This document shows, in pieces, positions 39,592-50,802 of a stretch of 64,000 bases of DNA. The notes under the pieces were generated by a model that saw only the letters and a list, made by a program, of their open reading frames with translations, did no database searches and was not told where the DNA came from. The translations under genes were made by a program, and so were the position numbers. Every line of letters starts with the position of its first letter. The stretch's first letter is position 1. The DNA comes from a virus (Duplodnaviria; Caudoviricetes), in the IMG/VR virus record IMGVR_UViG_3300030055_000003. One strand, 5' to 3'.

Positions 39592-39780
39592 TTATTTTTT
39601 AATAATTAAATAACCCCATATTGGAAATAAAATTATTGCAGATATCAAATACCATTTAAAATCAATTATATCTGTAAATTTTAGTAATGTCATGCCCCAA
39701 GAGAATGATAATATACAAAATAAAAATATTAATACTTTTTTAAAACTTTTATATATATGTTTAATGTTCATATTATTCAA
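39592..39780 (-). CDS. Small two-TM membrane protein
   Basis: Two hydrophobic segments. Confidence 0.7.
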   Translation of the reverse strand: MNNMNIKHIYKSFKKVLIFLFCILSFSWGMTLLKFTDIIDFKWYLISAIILFPIWGYLIIKK

Positions 39781-39983
39781 CCTCCATAAACTCTAATTAA
39801 ACAATCTTTTCTTGCTCTTAATGGTCTGCTAGTATTAATATCTATTACATCTATGTAGCCACCAAAATCTTCTTCTAAAGATTCAATTCTATATATATCA
39901 AATGAAATTGCATATTTTCTACCATCTTCACATTTTCTTAATCTTAAATTGTTACTATACACTACTATATCCCCTACATTCAT
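39777..39983 (-). CDS. Hypothetical protein
   Basis: Coupled ORF. Confidence 0.65.
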   Translation of the reverse strand: MNVGDIVVYSNNLRLRKCEDGRKYAISFDIYRIESLEEDFGGYIDVIDINTSRPLRARKDCLIRVYGG

Positions 39984-40021
39984 TTTACTACCTCCACTTC
40001 TAATGAAATTATTAATTTATC

Positions 40022-40273
40022 CTAATCTTCCCATCTTACTGCAATTTTCGTCTCAACATATTGAACAAACTCTAACATTTTAAGACTTTCTATATCGTCA
40101 TTATCAAATTCCCAATCATCTTCTATTGTAACATTGTGATATTCATTATTGTATTTCCATTTTAATTCTTCTAACAACTTATTGTTGTTTTCAGCATAAG
40201 CATATCCATCTGCCACAAATTCTCCATATTCTCCCAACTTAACAAACCATCTGAATAATCCCATATATTTCAC
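40022..40273 (-). CDS. Hypothetical protein
   Basis: ORF with RBS. Confidence 0.65.
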   Translation of the reverse strand: MKYMGLFRWFVKLGEYGEFVADGYAYAENNNKLLEELKWKYNNEYHNVTIEDDWEFDNDDIESLKMLEFVQYVETKIAVRWED

Positions 40274-40276
40274 TCC

Positions 40277-40519
40277 TTATTTATCAGCGTATAGTAAATT
40301 AAATAGCATTATATCTTCATCTTTAACAATACTATATATTTGTTCTGCAAGTGCTTTTACTTTAATATAACATTCATCACATAGAAATAATGAACCTCCG
40401 TCAACAGTCATAATAAATTTAAAATCAGTTTTATCATAAACATCACTAATTCTCAAACATTCACTATCTATATAATTACTATCTTTATTGCAATTTTTAC
40501 ATTTAATTGTTTCGCTCAT
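40277..40519 (-). CDS. Zn-finger hypothetical protein
   Basis: CKNC...CDEC. Confidence 0.65.
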   Translation of the reverse strand: MSETIKCKNCNKDSNYIDSECLRISDVYDKTDFKFIMTVDGGSLFLCDECYIKVKALAEQIYSIVKDEDIMLFNLLYADK

Positions 40520-40531
40520 TATTATGCTCCT

Positions 40532-40765
40532 CTATTTACTTATATTATTTAACTTAAAACTTTTTACAGAGTCTAATGGATATTGATTTAGGACTTGATT
40601 AATAAAATCTTCATAAGTCCATCCTTCAGCTTTAATTGCTTCCTTATTATCTATTATTTTATACCATATTCCATATTGATATTTAAATTCAATAAATTCT
40701 TCATTATCACATATAAATATTTCAACTCTTTTTAGTGAATCATCTATCTTTTCTTTAATTTTCAT
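40532..40765 (-). CDS. Hypothetical protein
   Basis: ORF with RBS. Confidence 0.65.
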   Translation of the reverse strand: MKIKEKIDDSLKRVEIFICDNEEFIEFKYQYGIWYKIIDNKEAIKAEGWTYEDFINQVLNQYPLDSVKSFKLNNISK

Positions 40766-41008
40766 TTATTTCACTCCTTTTAAAATTATGATTTTAAATA
40801 AATTAATTTAATTTCTCCAAGTATTCAATACATTTCTTTTTTGTTCCTTTAAATATTTCTGTGCCATTTTCATGCTTATCATTTACAATTCCGTAAGAAA
40901 ATCCATCGCTTTTATCTATTAAAGTTACACCTACTGCATAAAAACTATTCCCACTTTTGACCTTTATTACTTTCATTATATCACCTACTTCATTATTCTA
41001 GAATTTAA

Positions 41009-41362
41009 TTATATCATATTCTTTTTAATTAATTCTACATCGTTCAATCCATATCTTTCAAAATATTTATACGGATATGCTCTAAACTTACTAAATAAAC
41101 AATTTAATAACTCATTATAATTTTCATATATTGTTAATTTATCTTTATGTACACCAACTGTTAATGTATGCTTTTGTTCTTCTAAATTCTTATCTAAAAA
41201 TAAAATATCCAATATTAAAAATCCTCCATTATTAAAACCTTTAATATAAATTGCCTCCATTATATCATGGTTATAATAATTCATCCAATCCATTATATTA
41301 TATTCAATAGTTTGTTCTATTTTTATCAATTCTGAAATTTCTTTAAATATTTCATATTTCAT
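41009..41362 (-). CDS. Hypothetical protein
   Basis: ORF with RBS. Confidence 0.7.
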   Translation of the reverse strand: MKYEIFKEISELIKIEQTIEYNIMDWMNYYNHDIMEAIYIKGFNNGGFLILDILFLDKNLEEQKHTLTVGVHKDKLTIYENYNELLNCLFSKFRAYPYKYFERYGLNDVELIKKNMI

Positions 41363-41404
41363 ATTTATATTTCACTCCTTTTAAATTCAATATTTTAACT
41401 TAAA

Positions 41405-41743
41405 TTACCAATTATGTTTTCTTTCTCTGTTTTCATTCTGTTCTTCAAATGTATTTAAAATATCATAATAGTCTTTATTAAATATTCTATCTATGTCATG
41501 TTTACTATTAATTCTAACAAAACAATCAGGTCTATAATGATATAGATAACCATTATAAGTTAAAAACATACCCTTTTCTGTCATTTTTATAGTTTCTTCA
41601 AAACAATCTTTGCATATATAAATTCCTTCACTGCTATGACAAAATCCATCCCATTGATTAATTCTAAATGAATCTATATCTTCTTTATTATGTAGCTTAC
41701 CACATATTGAGCATTTTTTAGTTTCATCTTCCATAACTTTCAA
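41405..41743 (-). CDS. Zn-finger hypothetical protein
   Basis: CSIC...CKDC. Confidence 0.7.
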   Translation of the reverse strand: MKVMEDETKKCSICGKLHNKEDIDSFRINQWDGFCHSSEGIYICKDCFEETIKMTEKGMFLTYNGYLYHYRPDCFVRINSKHDIDRIFNKDYYDILNTFEEQNENRERKHNW

Positions 41744-41909
41744 CTCTCTTTCTATATTAATTTATTTCTAACTTTATGTATCAATTCAGCTATAAATGTG
41801 AATAGCTTCTTTAGTTACTGCCGAATGGCTTAGAACTTATCTGATAATATAATTATAGCATACTTTACCAACAAATCAATACTTTTTAAATAAATTAATA
41901 GAATTATTT

Positions 41910-42227
41910 TTACCTGTTTATTCTATTTAATTCCATTTCTAAAACAATACTAATTGTATGTTTGCCCATATCATCAAGACTATTGTATTTATTTAACAAC
42001 TCTATTTCATCTCTAGTTAAACAATCATTACTCCAACCCATTAAGTAACTAGGAGTAGTTTTTAATATATCTGCTAATCTTTCTATCTTGTCAAATGGTA
42101 CATTAGAAATTACACCACTTTCATATCTCTGTAGTGTTGGTTTGCTTACTCCTAGCTTGTTGGATACTTCATCTAATGTCATGTTTAATTTTAATCTTCT
42201 ATTTTTAATATTCTCTTTAAATCCCAT
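41910..42227 (-). CDS. XRE-family HTH repressor
   Basis: IKNRRLKLNMTLDEVSNKLGVSKPTLQRYESG...LKTTPSYLMGW; start reassigned to ATG 42227 behind GGAG. Confidence 0.9.
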   Translation of the reverse strand: MGFKENIKNRRLKLNMTLDEVSNKLGVSKPTLQRYESGVISNVPFDKIERLADILKTTPSYLMGWSNDCLTRDEIELLNKYNSLDDMGKHTISIVLEMELNRINR

Positions 42228-42229
42228 TT

Positions 42230-42700
42230 TTATATCTCCATCCATGCAATAACATCTTCAATATTCGCTAAAGTAAATCCGTCTTTGATACTTCCTTCTT
42301 TTTCATATTTAATTCCACACAAACAACCCTGACCATATATTTTTTCTAATTTAAATATTTTATCATCTATTTTCAAATAACCTATATAGGTTTCAAAATA
42401 TTCACTTGAATCATAAATTGATTTTTCTAAAGATTCTATATAAGATATCGTATTTTCTACTATAATACCAACAACTTTATCTATTATTTGTAATTCAATT
42501 TTATTATTATAAGTGTTCTCTTCATCTGTCCAACTACCTTTTAGAATTACTAAATTACTCATATTTTTATATTCAGCTTTTATTAATTCTAAATCCACTT
42601 TATTATCCATAAATAATTCTCCTGTCATTACTTTATACTTGAAATTATATATTATCTTTAATATAAAAACAAATGAAAAAGGAAAGATACACATTATCAA
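42230..42700 (-). CDS. Hypothetical protein
   Basis: True start probably MDNKV. Confidence 0.65.
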   Translation of the reverse strand: MIMCIFPFSFVFILKIIYNFKYKVMTGELFMDNKVDLELIKAEYKNMSNLVILKGSWTDEENTYNNKIELQIIDKVVGIIVENTISYIESLEKSIYDSSEYFETYIGYLKIDDKIFKLEKIYGQGCLCGIKYEKEGSIKDGFTLANIEDVIAWMEI

Positions 42701-43283
42701 TTATCTTTCCTTTCCCATTTTCTTAACTTTTAAAATATAATAGAACGTAAGAATTTTGAGAAGAAATATCTTACATTAATATTATACTATATAATTCTCA
42801 AATTATTCCATTTATTTTTATCACTTAAAATACCGATTTGATTGTAATATGAAAAAGAGCATAGATTATTCTACACTCTTAATTTTCTCCTAATACTCTA
42901 CCAAAAACATCATCAATTTTCTTTTTAGCTATATTTTCAATTGTATTTTTGATTTCTTGATAATCTTCTTCATTCATGTCTTTATAATTTTCTTTAATTA
43001 ATTGTATAAGTCTATCTGCTCTCATATAATTCATCTTAACACCTCCTTACTCTTAATGAAATAACTCTTTTAAATAATTCACCACAACTTAGAATTGCGA
43101 ATTAATCAACTCTTAACTTTTTAATTTCTTCTGAATTTAATTCTTTCTTTAAATCTCTTACTAATTCCTTAAGATGTTCACTATCTCTAGCATCTTTACA
43201 TTTCATTGAATAAGTCATTAATAACCCCGATACATCTAAATTATTCATATTATCAACTTCCTTTCTTCGCACTTTTTACATTA

Positions 43284-43508
43284 TTATTGTTTTTCGTTAT
43301 CATTCGCAAATATATACCAAGTATTTTTAATTTCTCCAGTCCTAAATAAGTGATAATTGTCCTCACAAAGTTTCCATTCTGTGCGTTCCTCAAAAGAATA
43401 GTAATAATTATTTTGTATTTTCTTTATCTTTATATCAGACAAAGAACTTTGAATAATATAACCAGCTTCTAAATATTGAACAGCTTTAACAAAATTTTCT
43501 CCATTCAT
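43284..43508 (-). CDS. Hypothetical protein
   Basis: ORF. Confidence 0.65.
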   Translation of the reverse strand: MNGENFVKAVQYLEAGYIIQSSLSDIKIKKIQNNYYYSFEERTEWKLCEDNYHLFRTGEIKNTWYIFANDNEKQ

Positions 43509-43578
43509 ATTATACCAACTTTCTCAAATAACGTATTTTTATAATTGACAATCACTATTAATAAAACTCTTGATTTAC

Positions 43579-44145
43579 TTACTTTTGTGTTTTCAAATTT
43601 TCTAAAACTTTTAATTCTTTTTGACATGCTGATATCTTAGATTCTATATAATCTTTTCTGCTATTAATTGCTTCAATCAATTCAGTCTCATATTCTTCTT
43701 TGGTTGCAATCTCATATTCTTTTCCATCGTCTAATATATATTCAACTTTTAAACTGCAATTATTCTTTATTTTATATCCATCTTCATACTCATAATCTAA
43801 CCACAATCCACCGTAAAATTCTTTTGTTCTATTTAGTTTTAATATCTCGTTTTTATCTTTTATATATTCAGGTAACTCATCTAAAAATTTATACTCATCA
43901 TCTTCTAACCAAATTTCTTTGCCATTACATTCAATACAAATAATATCCTCATAATTTTTATAGTTACTTCTATATTTAATATTAAACGTTTTTCCTATTA
44001 GCTCTTTATATTGACTATTTATAATCGAATCTTTTTCTAATATTTTCGCTTTTCTAAATTTACATGACTTACTATCTTTAATCCATTCACCTTCAGCTAC
44101 TAATATTTTTATAAAATCTTTTTCACACTTTATCATTTTTATCAC
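43579..44145 (-). CDS. Hypothetical protein
   Basis: 188-aa ORF. Confidence 0.7.
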   Translation of the reverse strand: MIKMIKCEKDFIKILVAEGEWIKDSKSCKFRKAKILEKDSIINSQYKELIGKTFNIKYRSNYKNYEDIICIECNGKEIWLEDDEYKFLDELPEYIKDKNEILKLNRTKEFYGGLWLDYEYEDGYKIKNNCSLKVEYILDDGKEYEIATKEEYETELIEAINSRKDYIESKISACQKELKVLENLKTQK

Positions 44146-44210
44146 TCCTTAATATTAACTATATTATACTTTCATTTACATATTATAACCAAGTAAAAGA
44201 ACTAATTTAC

Positions 44211-44519
44211 CTAAAACATAATAACTATTGTCTTTTCCCATTTTAATGAATTTATAATATCCTCTACTTGTTTATCTATTTCAATATCTTTTAGTCCACT
44301 ACCTTTTTTACTATAAAAAACATCATATTCAACTTGTCCTTTATCATAATATTTATCATCATAATAAGCAATATCTTTAATCATTACATCACTAGGCTCA
44401 TAATGTTCTATATCGTCATCATCCATAGTTGGCATAATTTTTATTGGTAAATTTGGATTTTCATTTATTACTTTTCTAATTTTATGTGATATATTCATAT
44501 CTATTAACACCATCCTCAT
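44211..44519 (-). CDS. Hypothetical protein
   Basis: ORF. Confidence 0.65.
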   Translation of the reverse strand: MRMVLIDMNISHKIRKVINENPNLPIKIMPTMDDDDIEHYEPSDVMIKDIAYYDDKYYDKGQVEYDVFYSKKGSGLKDIEIDKQVEDIINSLKWEKTIVIMF

Positions 44520-44806
44520 AAATATTATTTTAACATTAATTTCCTTAACTTGATATGTATTTCCTTATTAATAATATATCATATTCCAGTTATAATTTTA
44601 AGCTTTCTTCTATTAATTTATTTATCTTATTCTAAGACTAGCACTTCCATATTCTCTTTAATCCAGCTTTCACTAGTTCCACGCTCTATGAGTTCATTAA
44701 TCTTTGTATTAACATCACCTACAAACTTTAAAGTTGCATTTATATTATAATTATCACAAACTTTCATTATCTGTTCAAAGAAATTATATTTCATTTTCAA
44801 ATCCTC

Positions 44807-45226
44807 CTAACTTAATTGATTAACAAAAATATTCTCACCTAAATCAAACCAATTCATTTTATTTTCCCAGAAGCCTACAGCATCACAATGACTATAACAC
44901 CATATGATTTGGCTTTTATTCATTAGATAATTAATAATATCTTTACACACATTGTAACCACGCTTTAAGCTTGTAATAGCATCTAAATAGATTCCATTAC
45001 ATATTGTATCTTTGACATTATTTTGTTTATGTACATCTATGTATAACTCTAATTCCTCATCATCTAACTTACTGTACATTGCTATGGAAACTACTTCATT
45101 AGATTCATTAAGAACCTTTATTATATGCTTATTCTTTAAATCTTTCTCGGTTTCTCCAAACAGGAATAATTCATCTTTATACTTTTCTATAATTTGTTTA
45201 TTGATAGATTCTTCTACTATTTCCAT
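44807..45226 (-). CDS. GNAT-like acetyltransferase
   Basis: IYLDAITSLKRGYNVCKDII (motif A); AVGFWENK (motif B). Confidence 0.55.
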   Translation of the reverse strand: MEIVEESINKQIIEKYKDELFLFGETEKDLKNKHIIKVLNESNEVVSIAMYSKLDDEELELYIDVHKQNNVKDTICNGIYLDAITSLKRGYNVCKDIINYLMNKSQIIWCYSHCDAVGFWENKMNWFDLGENIFVNQLS

Positions 45227-45239
45227 TACCTACATCCCC

Positions 45240-45605
45240 CTATTCTAATATGTCAATCTCTTTAAGTGTTAAATGTTTATACACATCTAAAGTTATATCA
45301 TCTTCATCAATATAGTTACAATATAATTGTGTTATTTCCTCACCATTAGAATTTTTATATCTAACAACTGGATTATTAATATAAATATATTTCTGTCCAA
45401 AATGATTCCATTCAAAATCTTTTAATACTTCTTTTTGAAATTGTTTATTTGATAATAATTTATAATCATCACTCTCTATAATTTCACTTATATATTTTTG
45501 TTCTATCTCATTTCTTTTATCGAGTATGATTTGTTCATTTATTGAAAATATTTCTGATATTTGTTCATATTGTACTTCACCTATTTTTAATTTATATCCT
45601 TTCAT
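45240..45605 (-). CDS. Hypothetical protein
   Basis: ORF with RBS. Confidence 0.7.
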   Translation of the reverse strand: MKGYKLKIGEVQYEQISEIFSINEQIILDKRNEIEQKYISEIIESDDYKLLSNKQFQKEVLKDFEWNHFGQKYIYINNPVVRYKNSNGEEITQLYCNYIDEDDITLDVYKHLTLKEIDILE

Positions 45606-45617
45606 TGTTACTCCTCC

Positions 45618-45854
45618 TTAAATCTCTTGATATCCTTGTTTCTCTAATTTATATTTGTATTTATCATATCTATAATTAGACATTTGCCCTATAATTTTTT
45701 CTTTAGTTACATTACCCTGCTTATCTAATATGATTTTATTTTCTTCATAGTATTGTGCATTATCTAATATCCAATTATTTGGATTATCAACTAATTTAAA
45801 TTCTCTTATAATGTCCGTTTGTTTACCTTCTAATTTTAGCCTTAACATTTCCAT
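45618..45854 (-). CDS. Hypothetical protein
   Basis: ORF with RBS. Confidence 0.65.
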   Translation of the reverse strand: MEMLRLKLEGKQTDIIREFKLVDNPNNWILDNAQYYEENKIILDKQGNVTKEKIIGQMSNYRYDKYKYKLEKQGYQEI

Positions 45855-45897
45855 TCCTCCACATCTATTAAAATTTGATTTTTATAAGAATATTAAT

Positions 45898-46197
45898 TTA
45901 TTTCTTAATGCAATCTTCATAAGTTTCTAATCCGCTAACCATTCTTCCTTTATTAATTTCATGCATCTTTTTAAGCTTTTCTACATCTACTTTTTCTTTA
46001 GGATATTTAATATACCATCCTTGTTTAGCCCATTCATATGTTCCTAATTCTTCTATAAAATTAGTATGAGTTAGATTTGCTCCATCTTCATAATATAGAT
46101 TAAAATTATACTCATGCATACTTTCTCCTCGACCAAATGATTGATGAGATACAAAGCTTCCTTCTCTTGCTGATTGACATGCTTCTGATAAATTCAT
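45898..46197 (-). CDS. Hypothetical protein
   Basis: ORF with RBS. Confidence 0.7.
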   Translation of the reverse strand: MNLSEACQSAREGSFVSHQSFGRGESMHEYNFNLYYEDGANLTHTNFIEELGTYEWAKQGWYIKYPKEKVDVEKLKKMHEINKGRMVSGLETYEDCIKK

Positions 46198-46198
46198 T

Positions 46199-46432
46199 TT
46201 ATTTCACTCCTATTATTTTATTTATTATTCTTTGTAATTCTAAATAATCTTTATTATATTCATCTTTGTCATAAATTACACTTCTATTACATTCATCAGT
46301 AAAATCTTTATCCCATCTTACTAAACTATCAACATCATCTTTTATTTGTTCTAATCGGTTAATAACTTTTGTCCTATATTCATTTCTTTTAAAATGACTT
46401 GATATAGTAGGAAAATAAAACATCTTTAACAC
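46199..46432 (-). CDS. Hypothetical protein
   Basis: ORF. Confidence 0.65.
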   Translation of the reverse strand: MLKMFYFPTISSHFKRNEYRTKVINRLEQIKDDVDSLVRWDKDFTDECNRSVIYDKDEYNKDYLELQRIINKIIGVK

Positions 46433-46483
46433 CCACTTTCTTTATTTAAATATTACTATTTATTACCAAGTAAATTAATACCT

Positions 46484-47095
46484 TTAATAGGTTTCCTTTA
46501 TTAATTTTCTTTTATATGCCTTATATTTTCTTTGATATATTTTTCTATATGTCTTTTTACACTCCGTCTCTCCGCATGTTTTTTGCTCCGCTCCTTTCTT
46601 GATAAATAGCCTTCTACACACTGCACAAGCTTGAATAAGCAATACCCTGTTAGCTTCTTTATATTTTTCTTTCTTTTCAGACATAACATTACGTTGTATT
46701 TTTTTAGACTTTCCTCTCTTTTGATAATATCTAATCTTATTTTGAGCCTTTTCAGCTTCTTTATTCTTTTCATAGTAAATTTTACGTCTATTACTAATCT
46801 TTTTCTTATTTTCTTTTCTGTAGGTGTCTGATAGATTTTTCATGTGTATTTTTTCGCATGATTCTTTTCCACATAGAATTTGTCTAGTTCTATATGTTTC
46901 AAATTCTTCGCCACATATAATACAATATTTTTCTTGAAGTGTAATTTTTTTATATTTTAACATATATTTTTTAGCCCTTTGATTATCTTTTACTTTTTTG
47001 GCTATATTTCTGCAATCTTCACTACATGTTTTTATATTTCCTTTAGCATCAAATTCCTTACTACAAATCATACATATTTTAATCATTCTATTCAC
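46484..47095 (-). CDS. Basic protein with three Zn-finger repeats
   Basis: Three CxxC...C-x3/4-C units (C.ICxxxF...CS/CG..C). Confidence 0.75.
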   Translation of the reverse strand: MNRMIKICMICSKEFDAKGNIKTCSEDCRNIAKKVKDNQRAKKYMLKYKKITLQEKYCIICGEEFETYRTRQILCGKESCEKIHMKNLSDTYRKENKKKISNRRKIYYEKNKEAEKAQNKIRYYQKRGKSKKIQRNVMSEKKEKYKEANRVLLIQACAVCRRLFIKKGAEQKTCGETECKKTYRKIYQRKYKAYKRKLIKETY

Positions 47096-47550
47096 TCCAT
47101 TTTTCTTCCTATACTTCTATGTTTGATTGTAACACTTTTTTGTATTTATTCCACTATTAAATAAACTTTTAATATTTCTTCTTTAATTTCCTTTTCAAAA
47201 GTCTTGGTTAAATATTTTAAATTTTCAATTGCTTCAATTCCGTCTTCTTTAGGATCATATTTACATATTTTATATTCTGGTTTAAATCTCTCCATAATTA
47301 TTATATATTTCATTTTAATACACCTTTACTTTCATGTTTTAATTTATTTATATTCTGTTAAAGTTCCTGTTTTAAAGTAACTCATCCTTTAATATCTTCC
47401 CTATATATTCTTATCATAGTTCCATCATCTTTTAAAACACTATATGTGCCATCTAAATTGATTTTAATTATCTCAACTGTTAATTCTATATTATTACCTA
47501 TAATTACTATTATCTCGCCTATCTGATACATTAAAATCAATCCTTTCTAT

Positions 47551-47739
47551 TTAAGCCACATCTATGAAATAGCTTTTCTTCTCTGTTTTTTTCGCTTTAT
47601 AATTGTTTTTTCTTTTCTTATGTAATATTTTATTAACTAATATACAACTTACTGCACCTATAAATATAGATAATACTAAAACTATTCCACAATATTCTAA
47701 TAATCCAATCCAATTAGATAATGGATAATTCATAAACAT
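47551..47739 (-). CDS. Small single-TM protein
   Basis: Hydrophobic helix plus basic tail. Confidence 0.65.
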   Translation of the reverse strand: MFMNYPLSNWIGLLEYCGIVLVLSIFIGAVSCILVNKILHKKRKNNYKAKKTEKKSYFIDVA

Positions 47740-47762
47740 AACCTCTCACTCCTTATATAAAT

Positions 47763-47966
47763 TTATTCTACTACATATACATTCTTATCCTTATTGTTTA
47801 AAATCTCCTGTAATGAACCAAATACAACTGTTTTATCATATATCTCTGTCAACTCTTCTATTAAACTAATATCTTCATCTGACAATCTGTTTTTATGAAC
47901 CATAATTATATCTTCTTCTCTATTTTGCATAGCTGAATGAACCATTCTTACATAATCATTTATCAT
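47763..47966 (-). CDS. Hypothetical protein
   Basis: ORF with RBS. Confidence 0.65.
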   Translation of the reverse strand: MINDYVRMVHSAMQNREEDIIMVHKNRLSDEDISLIEELTEIYDKTVVFGSLQEILNNKDKNVYVVE

Positions 47967-48154
47967 TCTTATTAATACTTCCTTTTTTAAATATTTTTAT
48001 CTCTATTCATTATTATTGCAATTTTTGCAAGATTTTATAACTGGATTAATACTGATAATTTCTAATTGTTTAAAAGGACATTTATTACAGTTTTTATTGT
48101 TTAACTTAACAATTTCATTCATAATTAAAACCTCCTCTTTCCATTAATTTGTTT

Positions 48155-48403
48155 TTATTTTTCTAATAATTCTTTTAAGTCTTCAATATCATAAAACTTA
48201 TCTTCTTGAATATCATAATAATATTTATATCTAGTTTCTAATTGTTTTATGATTTCTTTTATTTTTAATTTATCAGCAACTATTTTATATGTATAACCTA
48301 ACTCTTTAATACCTTCATGATTTTGTTTTTCTATGAATACTTTTGTAAATGTTTCTGGTTGAGCATCTGTTAAAATACCATAGTAATTTTCAAAATTTTT
48401 CAT
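48155..48403 (-). CDS. Hypothetical protein
   Basis: Downstream of sigmaA promoter. Confidence 0.7.
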   Translation of the reverse strand: MKNFENYYGILTDAQPETFTKVFIEKQNHEGIKELGYTYKIVADKLKIKEIIKQLETRYKYYYDIQEDKFYDIEDLKELLEK

Positions 48404-48619
48404 TTAAATCAACTCCTTATATCTATTAATTTATTTAAACTATGCCTATCTCTTATCTATGTACTAAGTATAGCATAGTATTTTTACTATTGCAACAAAT
48501 TAATAGAATTAAACCTAATTATTTTTTAATTTTATATATAAGAAAAAGAACTGCATTTTACTACAATTCCATTAACTATTTTACATTTATTACCAAGTAA
48601 AATTTAGATTTTATGGTAA

Positions 48620-48931
48620 TTATACTATATCCCACGACTCTACTCTTTGACCATTTTCTACTAAATCATTATACGAGAATAATATTTCTGGCTTTCTTTT
48701 ACCTTTACTTCTTATAGATGCAAGTATATTACGTCTACTATATATTTTTAAATTTTCATTACAAATTATAATTGTATCATATGATTCAAATATATGAGAA
48801 TCTAAAGTAAGCATAACATCGTCATCATATAGACTATTTTGAGTATAATAAACAAAATAACCATTACCTTGTAGACTTTCAATAAACTCTTCATTGAGAA
48901 ATTCTATATTATTTTCATAAAACTTTAACAT
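48620..48931 (-). CDS. Hypothetical protein
   Basis: ORF with RBS. Confidence 0.65.
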   Translation of the reverse strand: MLKFYENNIEFLNEEFIESLQGNGYFVYYTQNSLYDDDVMLTLDSHIFESYDTIIICNENLKIYSRRNILASIRSKGKRKPEILFSYNDLVENGQRVESWDIV

Positions 48932-49119
48932 TTTTTATCACCATCCTAAATTGTTACTTTATAATAATATAAAAGTTGTATTTATTTCTATCTAATTATA
49001 AATAATTTTTGACTATTTTTCTATGTATTTCTTAATAATATATTTTTATATACAATTTTGAAGTTATCTACATAATATAAATAACTTCAAAATATATTAA
49101 ATATACGACCATTTTATAT

Positions 49120-49332
49120 TTATTTATCTTGAACAGCTACTATATAACCTTCTGCTACTTGATATATTGAGTAAAATATATCTTCTTCGCTATCTTCTAT
49201 ACTATCTATTAATGTATCAAATTTTGTTACTGATTTTACAATTTCTATTTCTCCAAAATCTACAGTTTTTATTGTTTCGCCTTTTATTTCTTCACTCATA
49301 TCCATTACCATCATGTTTTTCATACCAATCAA
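49120..49332 (-). CDS. Hypothetical protein
   Basis: ORF. Confidence 0.6.
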   Translation of the reverse strand: MIGMKNMMVMDMSEEIKGETIKTVDFGEIEIVKSVTKFDTLIDSIEDSEEDIFYSIYQVAEGYIVAVQDK

Positions 49333-49439
49333 CCTCTCTTTGTTTTAATTTGTTTATGTATTTCTATGTTCTTATTATATCAAATTGACAGAGAATTACA
49401 AGTGCTTTTTAAAAATATTTTATTTTAATTTATTATATA

Positions 49440-50402
49440 TCAATCAAATTTATATTGTTTCAATATATCTACAATAATATCACCTGTCCAACCATTACCA
49501 ATAGCTTTAATTCTTGCTTTATCACTTAAACCATCAGCTTTAGTATAACCGTCTGGCAATGTTTGTAGCCTTTCTAATTCTACTATGGTAAATTTTCTAA
49601 TTATACCATCATAGTAAACACATATGTCACAACTACAATCTAAAGTATTAGATTTTTCTTTTATAACTCTTCCTCGTCTTGTTTTACTTGTTGGAAACTG
49701 AAGATTGACTCCATCTCCATTATTAGCAACTATGTATCCTTGTTTTGTAGCTTGACTTATTCTTACCTCGCCATCTACAACGTCAATTAGGTTATATGCT
49801 TTTTCACTTATACTAGGATCTATTTTGAGTCCTTTATAATCTATGTAATTGCTTGTATCAACATTTTCTAATATGTCTAATAATTTAATTTGTTTATCTT
49901 CTGGTGGTTCTATGTATGTACTTGTCCAATATAATCGAGGTCTATTTTGTGCTGAAAGGAGTTTGCTATTAATCGCAATAGGTTCACAATTCATATAATT
50001 ACTGATAGTATCTCTTGTCGCTTTTTTCATTTCAACATTTTCTAGTAAAAATTGTACATTAGGATTATTATTATCTCTTATCCAGTTTAATACTCTTAAA
50101 TATTCAAAGAATAATTTACTTTCAGTACCTTCTAATCCTTTATTATCTCCTGCTCTTGAATTATTTTGACAAGGACTACCTCCAATCAATAAATCAATTC
50201 TAGGTAATTTTTTTAATTCAGTTTCGTCTAATAAAGTAACATTACCTAATCTAATAATATCATCAAAATTCTTTTTACTAATTTTCATTGCATTCTCATC
50301 AATTTCACTTGCGAAATACTTATATACCTCAATTCCTGCTCTTTTTAGTACTAATCTTCCCGTACTATGTCCATCAAATAAACTTACTACATTTATATTC
50401 AT
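49440..50402 (-). CDS. DNA (cytosine-5) methyltransferase
   Basis: SLFDG, GGSPCQ, FLLENV, QNRPRLYW, IGNGW; start reassigned to MNINVV behind AAGGAG. Confidence 0.92.
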   Translation of the reverse strand: MNINVVSLFDGHSTGRLVLKRAGIEVYKYFASEIDENAMKISKKNFDDIIRLGNVTLLDETELKKLPRIDLLIGGSPCQNNSRAGDNKGLEGTESKLFFEYLRVLNWIRDNNNPNVQFLLENVEMKKATRDTISNYMNCEPIAINSKLLSAQNRPRLYWTSTYIEPPEDKQIKLLDILENVDTSNYIDYKGLKIDPSISEKAYNLIDVVDGEVRISQATKQGYIVANNGDGVNLQFPTSKTRRGRVIKEKSNTLDCSCDICVYYDGIIRKFTIVELERLQTLPDGYTKADGLSDKARIKAIGNGWTGDIIVDILKQYKFD

Positions 50403-50540
50403 TTTATCTCTCCTTGCTTTTATTAATTTATTATGATTTGTAAAACCACTATATATAGTATGTCCAGTATAAGGCAAACCACAATATATAGATTTAAGAC
50501 CTTTTAAAATATAAGTTTTAATTGAATTAATTTGTCATTA

Positions 50541-50574
50541 TAATAGAAGAAGGTTAATTAACCTTCTTCTATTA
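50541..50574. terminator. Palindromic terminator
   Basis: TAATAGAAGAAGGTTAATTAACCTTCTTCTATTA. Confidence 0.75.
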
Positions 50575-50781
50575 ATCCTTATCTTTTAATATTGCATTTT
50601 TTAAATTTTCATACGCATAAATCATGCCTTTATATTGTTCAATTGACAATGTTCTAATAAATATAGACATTCCATAATTGTCTCCAGATTCATTTTTCTT
50701 CTTTTCTATATCTCTTTCGTGTTCTTCTATTGATTTGTCTATACGGAATAAAATATCTTCTATAGTCATAAAATAACACAC
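50572..50781 (-). CDS. Hypothetical protein
   Basis: ORF. Confidence 0.6.
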   Translation of the reverse strand: MCYFMTIEDILFRIDKSIEEHERDIEKKKNESGDNYGMSIFIRTLSIEQYKGMIYAYENLKNAILKDKD

Positions 50782-50802
50782 CTTTCAAATTAATATTAAA
50801 TA

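Noticed and set aside
41790-41850. Possible twister-like ribozyme in a GC-richer leader (GTTCTAAGCC...)
   Set aside because: The required P1/P2/P4 stems and pseudoknots could not be built; only small hairpins are present.
26647-46773. Minus-strand alternative-frame ORFs 26647..26829 and 46501..46773
   Set aside because: Nested inside longer ORFs with recognisable domains.
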